64,000 nt of DNA from the human T2T-CHM13v2.0 reference genome, Homo sapiens, in assembly GCF_009914755.1 (NCBI RefSeq), contig NC_060947.1. One strand, written 5' to 3'. The first letter of the stretch is position 1. The number at the start of each line of letters is the position of its first letter. The notes beneath the pieces were generated by a model. The model saw only the letters and a list, made by a program, of their open reading frames with translations. It was not told the DNA's origin and did not search any database. The position numbers and the translations under genes are program-made. Positions 15,717-44,210 of this stretch are shown one piece after another.

Positions 15717-16600
15717 TGTGTGCATTGAATGGGGTGCCCTGGAAAAGATACGTTGACATCCTAATCCTTGGTACCTGTGAATGGGACCTTAGTTGCAAAC
15801 AGGGTCTTTGCAGATGTGATTAAGATATACACAAAGGCTGGGCACAGTGGCTCACCCCTGTAATCCCAGCACAGGAGTTTGAGACCAGCCTGGGCAACAC
15901 AGCAAGACCTCAGCTCCACTTTTTTAAAAAATGAAATAAAAAAAAAGGTATATATTAAGGTGAGGTCATCCTGAAGGTGGTGCAATATGAGTGGTGAACT
16001 AATAAGGAGACACAGACGCAGAGGGGAAGGCCACGTGGAGAAAGAGGCAGAGAGTACAGTGATGCGGCCACAAGCCCAGGGACACTTGGAGCCCCCAGCA
16101 GCTGGGAGAGGCAGGAAGGAGCTTCCCCTGGAGCCTCCAGAAACAACTGGATACAACTGTAGTGGACTGAACTATGGTCTCCCAGAAAGATATGTCCATG
16201 TCCTGACCCACAGAACCTGTAAATGAGACCTCATTTGGGAAAAGGGTCTTTGCAGATGTAATTAAGTTAAAGATCTCAAGGTGAGGTCATCCAAAATTGG
16301 AGTGGACCCTAAACACAATGACGGGTGTTCCTGTAAGAGAAGAAGAGAAGACACAGACACAGAGGAGAAGGCCATGTGGAGACGGAGGCAGAGACCGCAG
16401 TGATGCGGCCACAAGCTCAGGGACGCCTGGAGCCCCCAGGAGCTGGGAGAGGCAGGAAGGAGCCTCCCCTAGAGCCCGCAGAGGGAGCACAGCCCTGCCG
16501 CATCTGCACTTCAGAGTTGTGGTCTCCAGGACTGTGAAACAATTAACTTCTGTTATTTTAAGGCACCCAGTCTGTGGTATGTTACCAAAGCAAATATGCC
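15717..16600 (+). mobile_element. Tandem pair of MLT1-type MaLR LTRs (first copy carries a short Alu fragment)
   Basis: Two copies of agggtctttgcagatgt.attaag and aggcca(c/t)gtggaga...ggagcccccag.agctgggagaggcaggaagga. Confidence 0.75.
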
Positions 16601-16945
16601 CAAGGGGTACAAATTCAACCAAATAGTTCCAAATTTAGCCAAGTACATTCCCTAGCAATGCTGCGAGCTCACAGTCAAAGGTATAACTCCACCATCTCTG
16701 AGAACCTGAGAGAGGCTTCCAGGGTGGTCTGAACTGTGCAGACCTCAGCAAACAGCAACATCCCAGGAAAGAGTGGGGCTAAGAAGCTACTAATCCCTAT
16801 TCCTACAAAGGCAGCCTAGACATGTCTGAGCCTTCCCAGGCCGATCACTAAGGAATGTCCACAACGCAGAGCCGCCCCAAACATGGGAGAAGACAGAAGT
16901 CTTCAAAGGAGCCGAGATGAAAAACCAAGTTCAAATTGTAAACTA

Positions 16946-24135
<7,190 letters not shown>

Positions 24136-24387
24136 AAATACAAAATGTATAATCACAGAAGTGAAAAGAAAAACAAGAAATTCTCATCTTCTCCCACAAC
24201 ACTAACAGATGTGAAGCCAGGGAAAGGTTCGTGATTTCTGGCTCACTGTATTTATACAAGCACAGTATGTGCAGCTTTCAATAACATTTGAGTGCAACTC
24301 TACCAAGAAAAACAAGGGCTGGTTTTCACACATCTACAATACAATCCAGCCAGGTTAAAGATACATCCTAGCCTACCTCCACGATAG

Positions 24388-24912
24388 TGTTGCGGGATAA
24401 ATCAGAGACGGTAGAGACCGAGCACAGTTAGGAGATGACCATTATAATTATAATTATTAAGGTGATCACCAGCTCAGTCGGACTAGGGTCTAGAAAGTCT
24501 GAGCCCCGTACAGAGGGATCAATCACCTTTTAAGCAGTTTGTGGCGGGAGTTACGTGCTGCAGAAAGCGTACTTGCAGAAGCGAGAACAAAGGCAGTTAA
24601 TTACTCTTTTGCATTTGTTACACCGTACGTCTTACATTCTTGGGAATACATACTTTTGCAGCAATTGCTTGTCAACCTTGTGACTTTACAGCTGCACTAG
24701 GGAGGGAAGCAAGAACTCGCCGTGCCTCAAGGAATGTAAAACGATGGAACACAGATAAGCCTCTCTGGGCATAGAGGAGGGATAAGCAGTTAGTATTCTC
24801 TCTTAACCCAGTCCCCCCGCCCCGGGGGAGTGGGCTACATTACATTCTACCTTCAAGAAAAATAACAATTTTTCGACCATTACACTTATAAAATTCATTA
24901 ATTCCCCCTTCA
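24388..24912 (-). mobile_element. Solo ERV LTR (ERV1-class by 4-bp TSD; family not assigned)
   Basis: 525 bp, TG...CA termini, perfect TSD ATAG (24384-24387, 24913-24916). The minus strand shows an LTR-like R/U5 end (...ggggctcagacttt...cccgcaaca). Confidence 0.75.
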
Positions 24913-24962
24913 ATAGGATGCAACAATCCCGCAGGACTCCCCCGAATTACCCTTGAGATCAG

Positions 24963-25780
24963 CTTCTCAAACTGAGTCCATTAACATTTGGAGCTGGATG
25001 ATTCTCTGTGGTGGGGCCATCCTGTGCACTGTAAGGTGGCAAGCAGTGACCCTGGACTCCACCCACCTGTTATCAGTAGCACCTCCCTGAGCTGTGACAA
25101 CAAAAATGTCTCCAGACTTGTCCAGGGAAGAAGTATCTCCCTGATGGAGCTGAATTGCCATTGGCAGAGAATCTCTGCCACAGACAGATAGAAAGATAGG
25201 TAGATGGGTATGATAGACAGATAGATGGATAGATAGAAAGATGATTGATTGATTGAATGACTGACTGGATGGATGGATGGATGGATGGACAATGGGTATG
25301 ATACATACATGGAAAGAGAAAGATGATACACTGATTAATTGATTGGATGGATGGATGGATGGGTAGGTGGGTAGGTAGATAGGTAACAGATAGGATAGAT
25401 AGGTGATACATAGATAATTAGGATGGTTAGATAATTGATAGGTAGGTAGGTAGGTAGATAACAGATGGGATGGGTGGAGGGGGGAGGGAGGGAGAGCGAG
25501 AGTGGGGAGGGGAGAGAGGGGGAGAGAGAGAGAGAGACAGAAAGAGAGAGACTGACTCTCACGCTAAAGCAGGTTCTCTCAGCCTAGCACTGCCGACATT
25601 TGAGGCTGGATGATTCTCTGTAGGGCCATCCTGTGCACTGCAAACCTGCAGAGCGGCGTCCCTGGGCTCCACTCACCACACGCCATCAGCATCCACCCCC
25701 AGTAGTGACAACCACAACTGTCCCCAGACACTGTCAAGTGCCCTGTGGGGGAAGGCCGGCCCCCAGTTGAGACCCCCTGT
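24963..25780 (-). repeat. Two MER20 copies (minus) separated by (GATA)n/(GGAT)n/(GA)n tracts
   Basis: gctggatgattctctgt..gggccatcctgtgcactg at ~24993 and ~25605, with simple repeat at 25180-25555. Confidence 0.8.
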
Positions 25781-25790
25781 TTTGGAGAAA

Positions 25791-26250
<460 letters not shown>

Positions 26251-26957
26251 TAGATGGCTTTAGAGTTCCTACCACTGAGACACACTGAATTCTTTGATTA
26301 GGTGTCGGCTTCTAACACTCCATAACCACAATGAAGTGGTTTATGCAGTCCAGGTTTTGAACACAAAATAGCTTTTGGGAAAAAAAAGGAGTCAATATAA
26401 TAAATGAATGCATCACTTCCATCATGATTGATATTTTCCTGGGTCTCAGGTGCTGTCTACCTCCGAGAAACTGCAATGAACAACACAAGGTTGGTCCCTC
26501 ATTTAGTTTTGTTTAGTTCCAGTCGGGCTGGAAGGAGGGCAGGAAGCATTAATGACAGTAAGTCTAACAACTTGGGTGACCTCACATGAGTTTGTTCAGA
26601 CTTGAGGACTTCAAACAACATATCCATAGGAGAACATTGGGATGCATCTAACCTTGGTCAAGGGGTCAGGGAAGGCCTCTTTAAGAAGTAAAATTTCCAG
26701 TGAAAATGGGAAGGTGGTGGAGATGGAGGGTTAAAGTCCTGTTCATAAGGTGCTTGGGCAGAGAATGGGCTCAATTAGGCTGCAAGAGGGAGGGTGGAGA
26801 TGATCACAGCTTAGGGTTTGGGCATCTACGCAGTGAGTGCTGCCGACTTAGGCAAGGTGTGCAGGTGCACAGGGGTCTTTTGGGTTGCTTTGATTTGGGG
26901 GAAGAAGGGGACACATTTCATGTTTAACCCAGGGGATGTATTGAGATTGAGGGATAG

Positions 26958-28435
<1,478 letters not shown>

Positions 28436-29384
28436 TCATATAAGAGTGTTGCTGGATATCTTGGGAAAAATGGACCCTCCAACGGGCAGTAGTTGGCAAT
28501 GCACCCTTCAGGGCTCCTAAGAAAGGTCTAAACTAGATGTGTGCTTTGAGACCCAAAGCCTTAAGATGATAACTGAAGTCACAGGCACAGATGAGATCAC
28601 CCTTCTAATTTATTTAATGCAATGTTTTTCTTTTAACTTTCAGCAGTCCCATATAAAGCTCTTCCTTCCTCTTTCTCTTTTATTGTAACATCCTATTTTT
28701 GTGGATGGAGACAATATCCTCTCCAACTCTTCAAAAAAGATGTCTCAAAGTGAGATTTTTTGTTTTCTCTTATATTTCCCTTTTGGATTTTCTTGTTTTG
28801 TTTTGCTTTTGTTTTTGTTTTTGAGACAGGATCTTGTTCTGTCGCCCAGGCTGGAGTGCAGTGGCGCAATCTTAGCTCAGTGCAGCCTTGAACTCCCAGG
28901 CTCAAGCAATCCTCCCACCTCAGCCTCCTGAGTAGCTGGGACTAAGGTGTGTGCCACCACACTCAGCTAATTTTTGTATTTTTTGTAGAGATAGGGTCTC
29001 CCTATGTTGCCCAGGCTGGTCTCAAACTTCTGGGCTCAAGCAATCTTCCCACTCGACCTCCCAAAGTTTGAGTCACAGCGCACATGACCCCCTTTTGCTT
29101 TTAATCTTCTCTTAGGTTCTCCGAATGATCTGTCATTTCTGGGACCACATGTCTTTACTTCCATTAAGCTCTCCCACAGTTTCACTGATAGCTAGATGCC
29201 AGATTCATGGTGGTTTTCCTAAGAATGACACATCAGAAAGAGTGCCTCAGGTTTCTTCGGTGTAAATGATGCTGGGGGACAGCACTATCCTGGAGTGCCA
29301 CCACCCCGCTGTCTTCTGTAGCTCTCTCCTACCCAGTGCCTGCCTTTTCATTTCCTTCTATTTCTTTACAAAGAAAACCCTACT

Positions 29385-29697
29385 GGTGAAAGCTTGCATC
29401 CTCCCAAAATTCCCGTGTTGAATCCTCATCCCCAAGGTGATGATGTTAGCAGGTGGGGCCTTTGGGAGGTGTTGAGGTCATGAGGGTGGAGCCTCATGAA
29501 TGGGATCAATGTCCTTATTAAAGGGACCCTAGAGAGCTCCCTCACCCTTTCCACCATGTGAGGACACAGTGAGAAGGCGCCGTCTATGAACCAGGAAGCC
29601 CTCACCAGACACCGAATGTGCCACGCCTTGATCTGTGACTCCCAGCCTCCAGAACTGGGAGCAATAAATGTCTGTTTAAGCCCCCCAGTCTATGATA
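29385..29697 (+). mobile_element. MST/MLT1A-type MaLR LTR
   Basis: Same motif set as 7130-7480. Confidence 0.7.
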
Positions 29698-30102
29698 CAG
29701 ACACTCCTCAACTTACAATGATGACATTACACCCCATAAACCCTTTGTAAGTTGAAAATATGGTAAGTCAAAAATGCATCGAATACACCTAACTTACGAA
29801 CATCACAGCTTAGCCCAGCCTGCCCTAAACGTGCTCGCAACATTTACATTAGCCTACAACTGGGCAAAATCACCTAACGTGAAGCCTAGTTTACAATCAA
29901 GTATTGAATGCCTCATGTAATTTACTGAATACTGCACTGCAAGTTAAAAACAGAACAGTTGCATGGGTACTCGAAGCGCGGGTTCCACGGACTGTGTCTT
30001 TCTCACCATCGTAAAATCAAAAAATCTTCAATCGAACTATCCTAACTCAAACTACCATAACTCAAACCATCATAAATGGAATCATCATAAATTAGGGATC
30101 TT
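29698..30102 (+). mobile_element. MER47A (Tigger-family non-autonomous DNA transposon)
   Basis: Preceded by TA; cagacactcctcaacttacaatg... and catcacagcttagcccagcctgccctaaacgtgctc match the recalled MER47A consensus. Confidence 0.75.
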
Positions 30103-30107
30103 CTTTA

Positions 30108-34805
<4,698 letters not shown>

Positions 34806-34976
34806 TACTTTTTCTGAAGGTGTCATTGTAAACAAAATCAACCAGCCCATGAAGAGGAAATTCTAGACAAGTTGCTTTCTCAGCACCTTTTGATTTTTGG
34901 AATCTCATCCAAGCTGGATTTTGCGATCTTTGAAGAATAATTCCCTATGACATTGTCTCCAACCATAAGCTAGTTC

Positions 34977-35530
34977 TGTCAGCGGCATCTGAACCAGAGC
35001 AACTCCATCTTGAAGAGCAGCTGGGTAAAATGAAGCTGAAGCCTGTTGGGCTGCATGCCCAGATGGTTAAGGCATTCTAAGTCACGGGATGAGATAGGAG
35101 GTCAGCACAAGATGCCGGTCATAAGGAGCTTGCTGATAAAACAGGTTGCGGTAAAGAAGCTGGCCAAATCCCACCCAAACCAAGATGGTGACAAGAGTGA
35201 CCTCTGGTTGTCCTCACTGCTACACTCCCATCAGCGCCATGACAGTTTACAAATGCCACGGCAACGTCAGGAAGTTACCCTATTTGGTCTAAAAAGGGGA
35301 GGCACGAATAATTCACCTTTCGTTTACCATATAATCAAGAAATAGCCATAAAAATGGGCAACCAGCAGCCCTCGAGGCCACTCTGTCTATGGAGGAGCCA
35401 TTCTTTTATTCCTCTACTTTCTCAATAAACTTGCTTTCACTTTACTCTATGGATTTGCCTTGAATTTTTTCTTGCACAAGATCCAAGAACCCTCTCTTGG
35501 TGTCTGGATATGGACCCCTTTCTGTTAACA
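34977..35530 (+). mobile_element. MER41A-type solo LTR (ERV1)
   Basis: Starts tgtcagcggcatctgaaccagagcaactccatcttg, AATAAA near 35425, ends ...ctttctgttaaca; TSD GTTC/GCTC. Confidence 0.85.
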
Positions 35531-37045
35531 GCTCTGTTCCCTCCACTCTTGTCCTCTCATTGCCAAGACTCCAACATAAGCATGCATACCCAAATAAACG
35601 CAGGCAGGCTTCACAGGGTCCCCCTCTGCCTGCCCATCCAAAGAGATCCCAGGTGCCCTAAGCATGACAAAGCACTTCTTTCTTCTGTGCCAAGGTTTCT
35701 CTGGCCACACCTGTGTGCAACCCTTTTGTTCTGCAAAATGACTCCCAAGGGAATGATTCACCAAGGTGAAAACATCCACCAAATTAGTTGTCAACGATTT
35801 TAAAAGAACCCTCCACAGGCTGCCCTCCAAATCTCTTTGATGGGGTACCTCCCCAGTATAACATCCAAAATAACTACCTCGGAGAATAATGTAATGCCCA
35901 CACACAACGCATGCTAAGTAAATGGTAGCGTGGGTTGCAAGGATCTGTGTGGACTTGTGCAATTTAACAGGAACTGCGTGAGACAACTTCCTTTTTCTAT
36001 GTCCTGGTGAAAAATTCCAGTGGATTTTTAAACAGGTACGAGGGCATGGAGGCCAGCAGGGAAGACATTGTATAGAAGGAAGGTCTATTTTTCTTTTTTT
36101 TTTTTTTAATTGAGGCAGGGTCTCACTCTGTCACACAAGCTAGAGTGCAGTAGCACAATCGCAGCTCACTGAAGCCTCTACCTCCCGAGCTCAAGCAATC
36201 CTCCCGTCTCAGCCCCCCGAATAGCTGGGACCACAGGCATGCGTCCCCATGCGTGGCTGACTTGTTTTCCCCCTTTGTAGCAGTGGGGTCTTCTTATGTT
36301 GCCCAGGCTGGTCTCAAACGTCTGGACTCAAGTGATCCTCTCACCCTGGCCTTCCAAAGTGCTGGGATTACACGTGTGAGCCAAAGCCCAGCCGTATTTT
36401 TCAAACATATTAAAGAATGACCAGGGTCTAACCTTGACAGTTCTGGATTAAGCAGGATGGAAAGGCCCAAACTAGTCATATGGACAGTTTTATGTCCTCC
36501 TCTCTTCTCTTCTCTCCACCTTATGAGAGAATGAGCTGGGCATGGTGGTGTGTCCCTGTAGTCCCAGCTACTTGGGAGACTGAGGCAGGAGGATCACTTG
36601 AGCCCTGTAGTTTGAGGCTGCAGCTGAGCTATTGATTGCACCCCTACTGCACTCCAGCCTGGGCGACAGAGCAACACCTTGTCTCTAAAAAACAAAACAA
36701 ATAAAATCATGATAATCCCTTGACCTGGCCACTGTATCATCTGACAGAAGACATGAAAGGCTGGAAGAACTGCCCAGAGGTGTCCCACAGGAAATTCCTC
36801 CATAGGAAACTCACCATACTGGCAACAGCCTCCCACACTGATAACCTCTGTGTGGTCTCCTTAGACCACAGGAAGGTGGAAGCCATCAGTGCTGGAGGGG
36901 GAAGGAATTTCCATCCTCGCACCTGAGTCTCCTCTGCAAATCATTTACATCTTCGCTAAAGGTGTTCAGACAGGGTAGGGTGAGTCTCCTGGATGCCTAT
37001 TCTGCCATCATGGGAGAATTGCTGGGAGGCTTCAAATGCATCTAA

Positions 37046-37198
<153 letters not shown>

Positions 37199-37708
37199 TA
37201 GCTGGGATGACAGGCACCCACTACGGTGCCCAGCTAATTTTTGTATTTTTGGGTACAAACGGGGTTTCGTCATGTTGGCAAGGCTGGTTTTGAACTCCTG
37301 ATCTCAAGTGATCTGCCCACCTCGGCCCCCAAATTGCTGGAATTACAGGTGTGAGCCCCCACACCCGGCCTCTAATGGCTATTTATCATGTTTTCTCCTA
37401 CTCAGATCAAATGCAAATGCCAACTGGACTTTCACTTAAGATCCTAATGGGGAAGCAAAATGTCCATCATCCTGTCTCACCCAACACAGCACAGAATCGG
37501 AGACGCCGGGAAAACATGCCCACCCAAGAAATGCAGCGTGAAAACGCTCCAGAAAGGAGGAGCTTCTTGAAAGTATTGGTTGCATTAGTTTCATTCTTCT
37601 TGCACAAGGGAACCCTGGAAAAAAAGGGGCCTGCCAAGTTTACCCGCACACACGTATTACCAAATTCATCCACATGCCCAGGTTTCTGTGCAAACAATCT
37701 GCCCTCTA

Positions 37709-37888
<180 letters not shown>

Positions 37889-38064
37889 CTATCTCTACCA
37901 AAAAAAAATCAAAACAATAGCCTGGCGTGGTGATGCACACCTGCAGTCCCAGCTCCTCAGGAGGCTGAGGTGAGAGGATCCCTTGAGCCTGGGACGTCAA
38001 TGCTGCAGTGACACCACGTCACTGCACTCCAGCCTGGGTGTCCGAGTGAGACCCTGTCCAAAAA

Positions 38065-38335
38065 AAAAAGGAGTGAGATAATGCCGTATTTGTCTCTCTG
38101 TGCCTGGCTCATTTCTCAGAGCATAATGACCTCCAGTTGCATCTACATTGTTGCAAATGACAGGACTTTATTCTTTTTACAGGCTGAATAGTACTCCATT
38201 GTGTAGAGACCACATTTTCTTCACCCAGTCATCTGCTGACGGGCAAGTGGGTTGTTGCCCTATCTTGGCTGTTGTGTGACTCGTGCTGCAGTGAACCTGG
38301 GAGTGCAGGTATCTCTTCACTGTATGTGGTTTTAA
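38065..38335 (-). mobile_element. L1 fragment
   Basis: Antisense L1 ORF2-end motifs (gctgaatagtactccattgtg; PTCPSADDWVKKMW). Confidence 0.7.
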
Positions 38336-38474
38336 GCTACTATATTTGCGGTCCTTCATTCCAGCAGCCACGCAAGACTAAGACAGTGTGAAAGAGCATA
38401 AAAGAGGTAATGATAGACCAGCGCATTGCAGCTGCCTTTCCATGGACCCTGCCGCGTGGGGTGAATAGAGCCCC

Positions 38475-38825
38475 ATCTAAATCCATTTCGGCTGCCATCA
38501 CAAAACACGGCAGACTGGGGCTTAGAAACAACAGACATTTACCGCTGTCAGTCCTGGAGGCTACAAGTCCAAGATGAAGGTATGGGAGATTCAGAGTTTG
38601 GTGGGGACCGGCTTTCTAATTAACAGACGGTGCCATCTCACTGTGTCCTCATATAGTGGAAGGGGTGAGGGAGCTCTCTGGGGTCCCTTTTATAAGGACA
38701 TTGATCCCATTCATGAGACCCCACCCTAGTGACCCCATCACCTCCTAAAAGCCCCACCTCCTAACACCATTACCTTGGGGATTAGGGTTTTGACATAAGA
38801 ATCTTGGGGTGGGGGACACAAATAT
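38475..38825 (-). mobile_element. MST/MLT1A-type MaLR LTR
   Basis: Reverse complement of the 7130-7480 motifs. Confidence 0.7.
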
Positions 38826-39017
38826 GATGATGGTGGCCCCAGACTTGGTTTTGGGACTGGACCCACCACAGTAGAGGACCACGGGGAGGCCACCTGGAGA
38901 AACAGGCAGAGGGAACCCGTCACACAGAAACATCGGTTCCACCTTCTCACACTGGGCTTACCAGGAAGCTTCTAACCACAGACTTTTCTAACAGGGAAAA
39001 CGAGGTCACAATTCTAA

Positions 39018-39269
<252 letters not shown>

Positions 39270-39516
39270 TAGTAGAGACGGGGTTTCACCGTGTTAGCCA
39301 GGATGGTCTCGATCTCCTGACACTTCATGACCCGCCTGCCTCAGCCTCCCAAAGTGCTGGGATTACAGGCATGAGCCACCGCACCCGGCCGGTTTTTCTT
39401 TAAAAAAAAAAAAAAACCACAATGTCATCAACATTACTACCTTTTTAAGATATATCTCTCACTCTTTTTTTCAACTTTACATATGCGATTTCATGCTGGA
39501 GAGAAGAGGAAACTGA

Positions 39517-39805
<289 letters not shown>

Positions 39806-41419
39806 TGAGCTCTTGGGCTCAAGTGATCCTCCCACCTCAGAGTCCCAAAGTGCTGGGTACAGGCGTGAGCCTCCACACCTGGCCTCCCTTGAATTTTTAT
39901 TTTTTGAGACAAGGTCTCTGTCACCCAGGCTGGAATGCAGTAGCACGATCTCAGCCCACTGCAACCTCAACCTCCTGGGCTCAAGCGATTCTCATGCCTT
40001 CGCCCTCCTTTGATTTTTACAAGTATGTCTCTTCCTGGTGGGGCGTGTCTGCTGCTTTCGAGAGTTTAACGTCTCCCTTCTTTGCAGCGTGCCCATGAAC
40101 TGTAGATGACTCTGCTTTTGTCGTCCAATCCCAATGTGCACGCCCTGCTTTCCCGGGGAGGAGGCAGCGTGCTGCAGGCGAAACCCATTGGGCACACAGC
40201 ATCCCTTCTCTCAGACCCTCTTTCCCATTAAGAAAATAAGGCTACAAGCATGGTGGATGCACCTGTAGTCCCAGCTACGTGGGAGGCTGAGGCGGGAGGA
40301 TCACTTGAGCCCAGGAGCTCGAGACCAGCCTGGGCAACATAGCAATGCCCATCTCTACAAAAATAAATACATAAATTAGCTGAGTGTGGTGGTGCACGTC
40401 TGCAGTCCCAGCTACTTGGGAGACTGAGGTGGGAAGATTGCTTGAGCCTGGGAGGTCGAGGCTGCAGTGAGCTGTTGATTGCACCACGGCACCCCAGCCT
40501 GGGCGACAGAGTAAGACCCTGTCTCTAAACAAAAAAGCAAAAAGAAAATAACACTAATGTTGTCATGGTGGAGCTTCTGCCCATAGAGAAACTAATGTAC
40601 ATATTGTACCCGTCCAGTACTTGGCATCAGTGAGTGTCATAAAGAACAACTGCCGATAATGCCATCATCCATTCATTTATTTATTCACACACAGAGTGAC
40701 CAGCTTGTCCCTGTCTCTGCCTGCGACTTTCCCAGCTAGCACTGAAGGTTTCCCACCTCAGGAAACCCCAGGCACATGAGGAGGGTTGATTTCTCTATTC
40801 ATGCGGTGGATGGTCTTGGGCACACACTAAGTGCCGGGTCTGTTCTTTGGATGTGGGAGATGAAAGTGGCTCCAACACACAGAGGTCCCTGCACACTTGG
40901 CATTTATGTGCCAGCAGCGGAGGCAGGCAGAATGCTTGAGCCCAGGGGTTCAAGCCTAGCCTGGGCAACACAGCGAGACCCTGTCTCTTTTATTTAAAAT
41001 AAGTCCTGCACATGTATCTTAATTTAACTTAAATTTAATTTAACATGTATTTTAACTTAAATTAAAAAAATAAAATGAAATAAACAATGAAGAGGAGAAA
41101 CCGGCAGGACTTCTATCCTTGGAAATGTTCTCTGATGTGTAATATTTGATCTCATCTCTTGGCATTTGCGTGATGCACTTAAAGGAAACTGTCATTCACA
41201 CATGCATGAGCCTGTCTCACACGGAGCACCCACATAAGGTAAATAAGATCAAAGGGCTGAGCTCCACTTTCTGTGTATTGTTAGGCTACAAACAACACTC
41301 CTAATTGCTATGTCAACACTGCCCACAAGGCTGCTGATTTATGCACACAGTAGAATCTCACCAGTTCAGATGCCATTCGTCCCGGCAGCATGCTGTGTGA
41401 CAGACAGGGTGGGGATGCC

Positions 41420-41770
41420 GTGGACTCAATGTCTGTGTCCCCCTAAAATTCCTGTGTTGAAATCCTCACCTGCAAGGTAATGGTGTCAGGAGGTGAGGCC
41501 CTAGGGAGGTGATGAGGTCGTGAGGTTGGAGCCTCATGAATGGGATCACTGCCCTTATAAAGGGGCCCCAGAGAGCTCCCTCACCCCTTCCACCATGTGA
41601 GGACACAGCGAGAAGGCACCATCTATGAACCAGGAAGCAGGTCCCCACCAGACACCAAATCTGCCATGCCTTCATCTTGGACCTCCAGCCTCTGAACTGT
41701 GAATAAATGTCTGTGGTTTATAAGCCACCCAGTCGGTGGTGTTTTGCTACAACTGCCTGAACCGACTAAC
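41420..41770 (+). mobile_element. MST/MLT1A-type MaLR LTR
   Basis: Same motif set as 7130-7480. Confidence 0.7.
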
Positions 41771-42101
41771 TTGAGGCATTAATAAGAACCCAGCAACAAG
41801 GAGAGGAAAGGAAATTCTGGCCAATTCAGGAGAACCAAGGACAAGAGAAAACCTACCAGTATAAGCACTTTAGATCTGAGAACCATGTATCATTAATTAT
41901 GAAGATCTCCTAGCTCTTAAGAAAATAAAATATTTTCAGATTGTATAGTGTGTGAAAGTTTAAAAAAAAAAAAAGTGTCTGGCCAGGCACGGTGGCTCAC
42001 ACCTGCAATCCCACCTCTTTGGGAGGCCAAGGCGGGCGGATCGCCTGAGGTCAGGAGTTTGAGACCAGCCTAATCAACATGGAGAAACCCCATCTCTACT
42101 A

Positions 42102-42245
<144 letters not shown>

Positions 42246-43779
42246 TCAAAAAAAAAAAAAAAGTGTCGAGCAAGACCGAGGGGTGTTCTGTGGTGAGGGA
42301 ATTCATCCTGCACCATGGTTTGGAGGGTGGTAGCTGCCAAATCCACACACTGGGTAAAACTGCACAGAACTCTACACACACACTCGCAAACACAAATGAG
42401 CACCTTTTGAAAACTAATAAAGCCTGAACAAGCCGGGCACGATGGCTCATGCCTGTATATAGTCCCAGCACTTTGGGAGGCCAAGGCAGGAGGATTGCTT
42501 GAGCCCAGGAGTTCAAGGCTGGAGTGAGCCGAGATCGCACCACTGCACTCCAGACTGGGCAACAGAGTGAGACCCTGTCTCAAAAAAAAAAAAAAAAAAA
42601 AAGCTGAACGAGGTATGTGTTCTCTTTAATAAGGATATACCAACATCGATGACATGGTTCTGATATTGTCCCACGGATATGAAGACGTCACCATGGGGAA
42701 GTTGGCTGAAGGGTCCATGAGACTCCAGGTACTGTTTTTGAAATCCCCTGTGAGTCTGTATTTCAAAAAATGTATATTTTTAATAGGGGTCTAGGAACTT
42801 TGGAGTCTTCCTCATCGTCATCGTGTAGGACAGGTTCCGTCATTATTTCCCTCTGTAGATGAGTAAATGCAGAACTAGGCTGAGAAAAGGAAAATGAAAT
42901 GTGGACCCAAGGCCTGGCCACTGGTTTACCTGTTGAATTACCTCCTTCCTGACAGGTTAACACTTGGGGTACCCATGACAAGCAAGCACTGGGTTGTAGA
43001 TGCCAAATGATTCCATAAGGACACTTCTGGGAAAAAACCCAAGTATTTTTTATCTGATATATAGAGAAAGGAATTCTCAAGTGGTCATTTTAAGTAGGAA
43101 ATTGGTAAAATAAGGCTGGTAGATGGCTGCACAGATTCATCCTCTTCTCTCTACATAGGGTGAGTTTTTCATTTCCATAATATCATTTTCTTATTTTATT
43201 TTTTATAGAGAGGATCTCGCTCTATCACCCAGGCTGGAGTACGGTGGCGCGATTGTGGTTGACTGCAGCCTTGACCTCCTGGGCTCAAGTGATCCTCTTG
43301 CCTCAGCTTCCCAGGTAACTCAGGTATGCGCCACCATGCCCAGCTAACTATTACTACTATTTTTTTTAAGAGATGAGGGTCTCACTATATTGCCCAGGCT
43401 GGTCTGGAACTCCCGGCCTCAAGTCATCCTCCCACCGCGACCTCCCAAATAGCTGGGACTACAGGCACGCACCACTGTACCTGGCCCTGAAATTTCTTTT
43501 TTTAAAGCACAATTGTTCTCCATCATAGGAACAAGCATGGCTTGGTTATATGAACAAGAAATTTGAAGAACCAGATTGAAAACCATTTTTTCTCTGAGGA
43601 CTAGTATGACTGTTCTGATCCAAAGTTCCTAAAACGAAATCGGCCTTTAGACCAGACGTACTCCAGAATCCCTTCACGCATAAAAAAGAAAAAAAGAATC
43701 CATTATCAGACTTTTCACAACTGCAAACTGCACTCTTTCTTCCTAACTACCTGACCTTGAGGAAAACTGGTCAATCTAG

Positions 43780-44210
<431 letters not shown>

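Noticed and set aside
34977-35530. MER41 as an interferon-gamma/STAT1 enhancer
   Set aside because: The tandem GAS segment (TTCCGGGAA...TTCCCGGAA) of MER41B is absent at ~35295-35310, consistent with MER41A.
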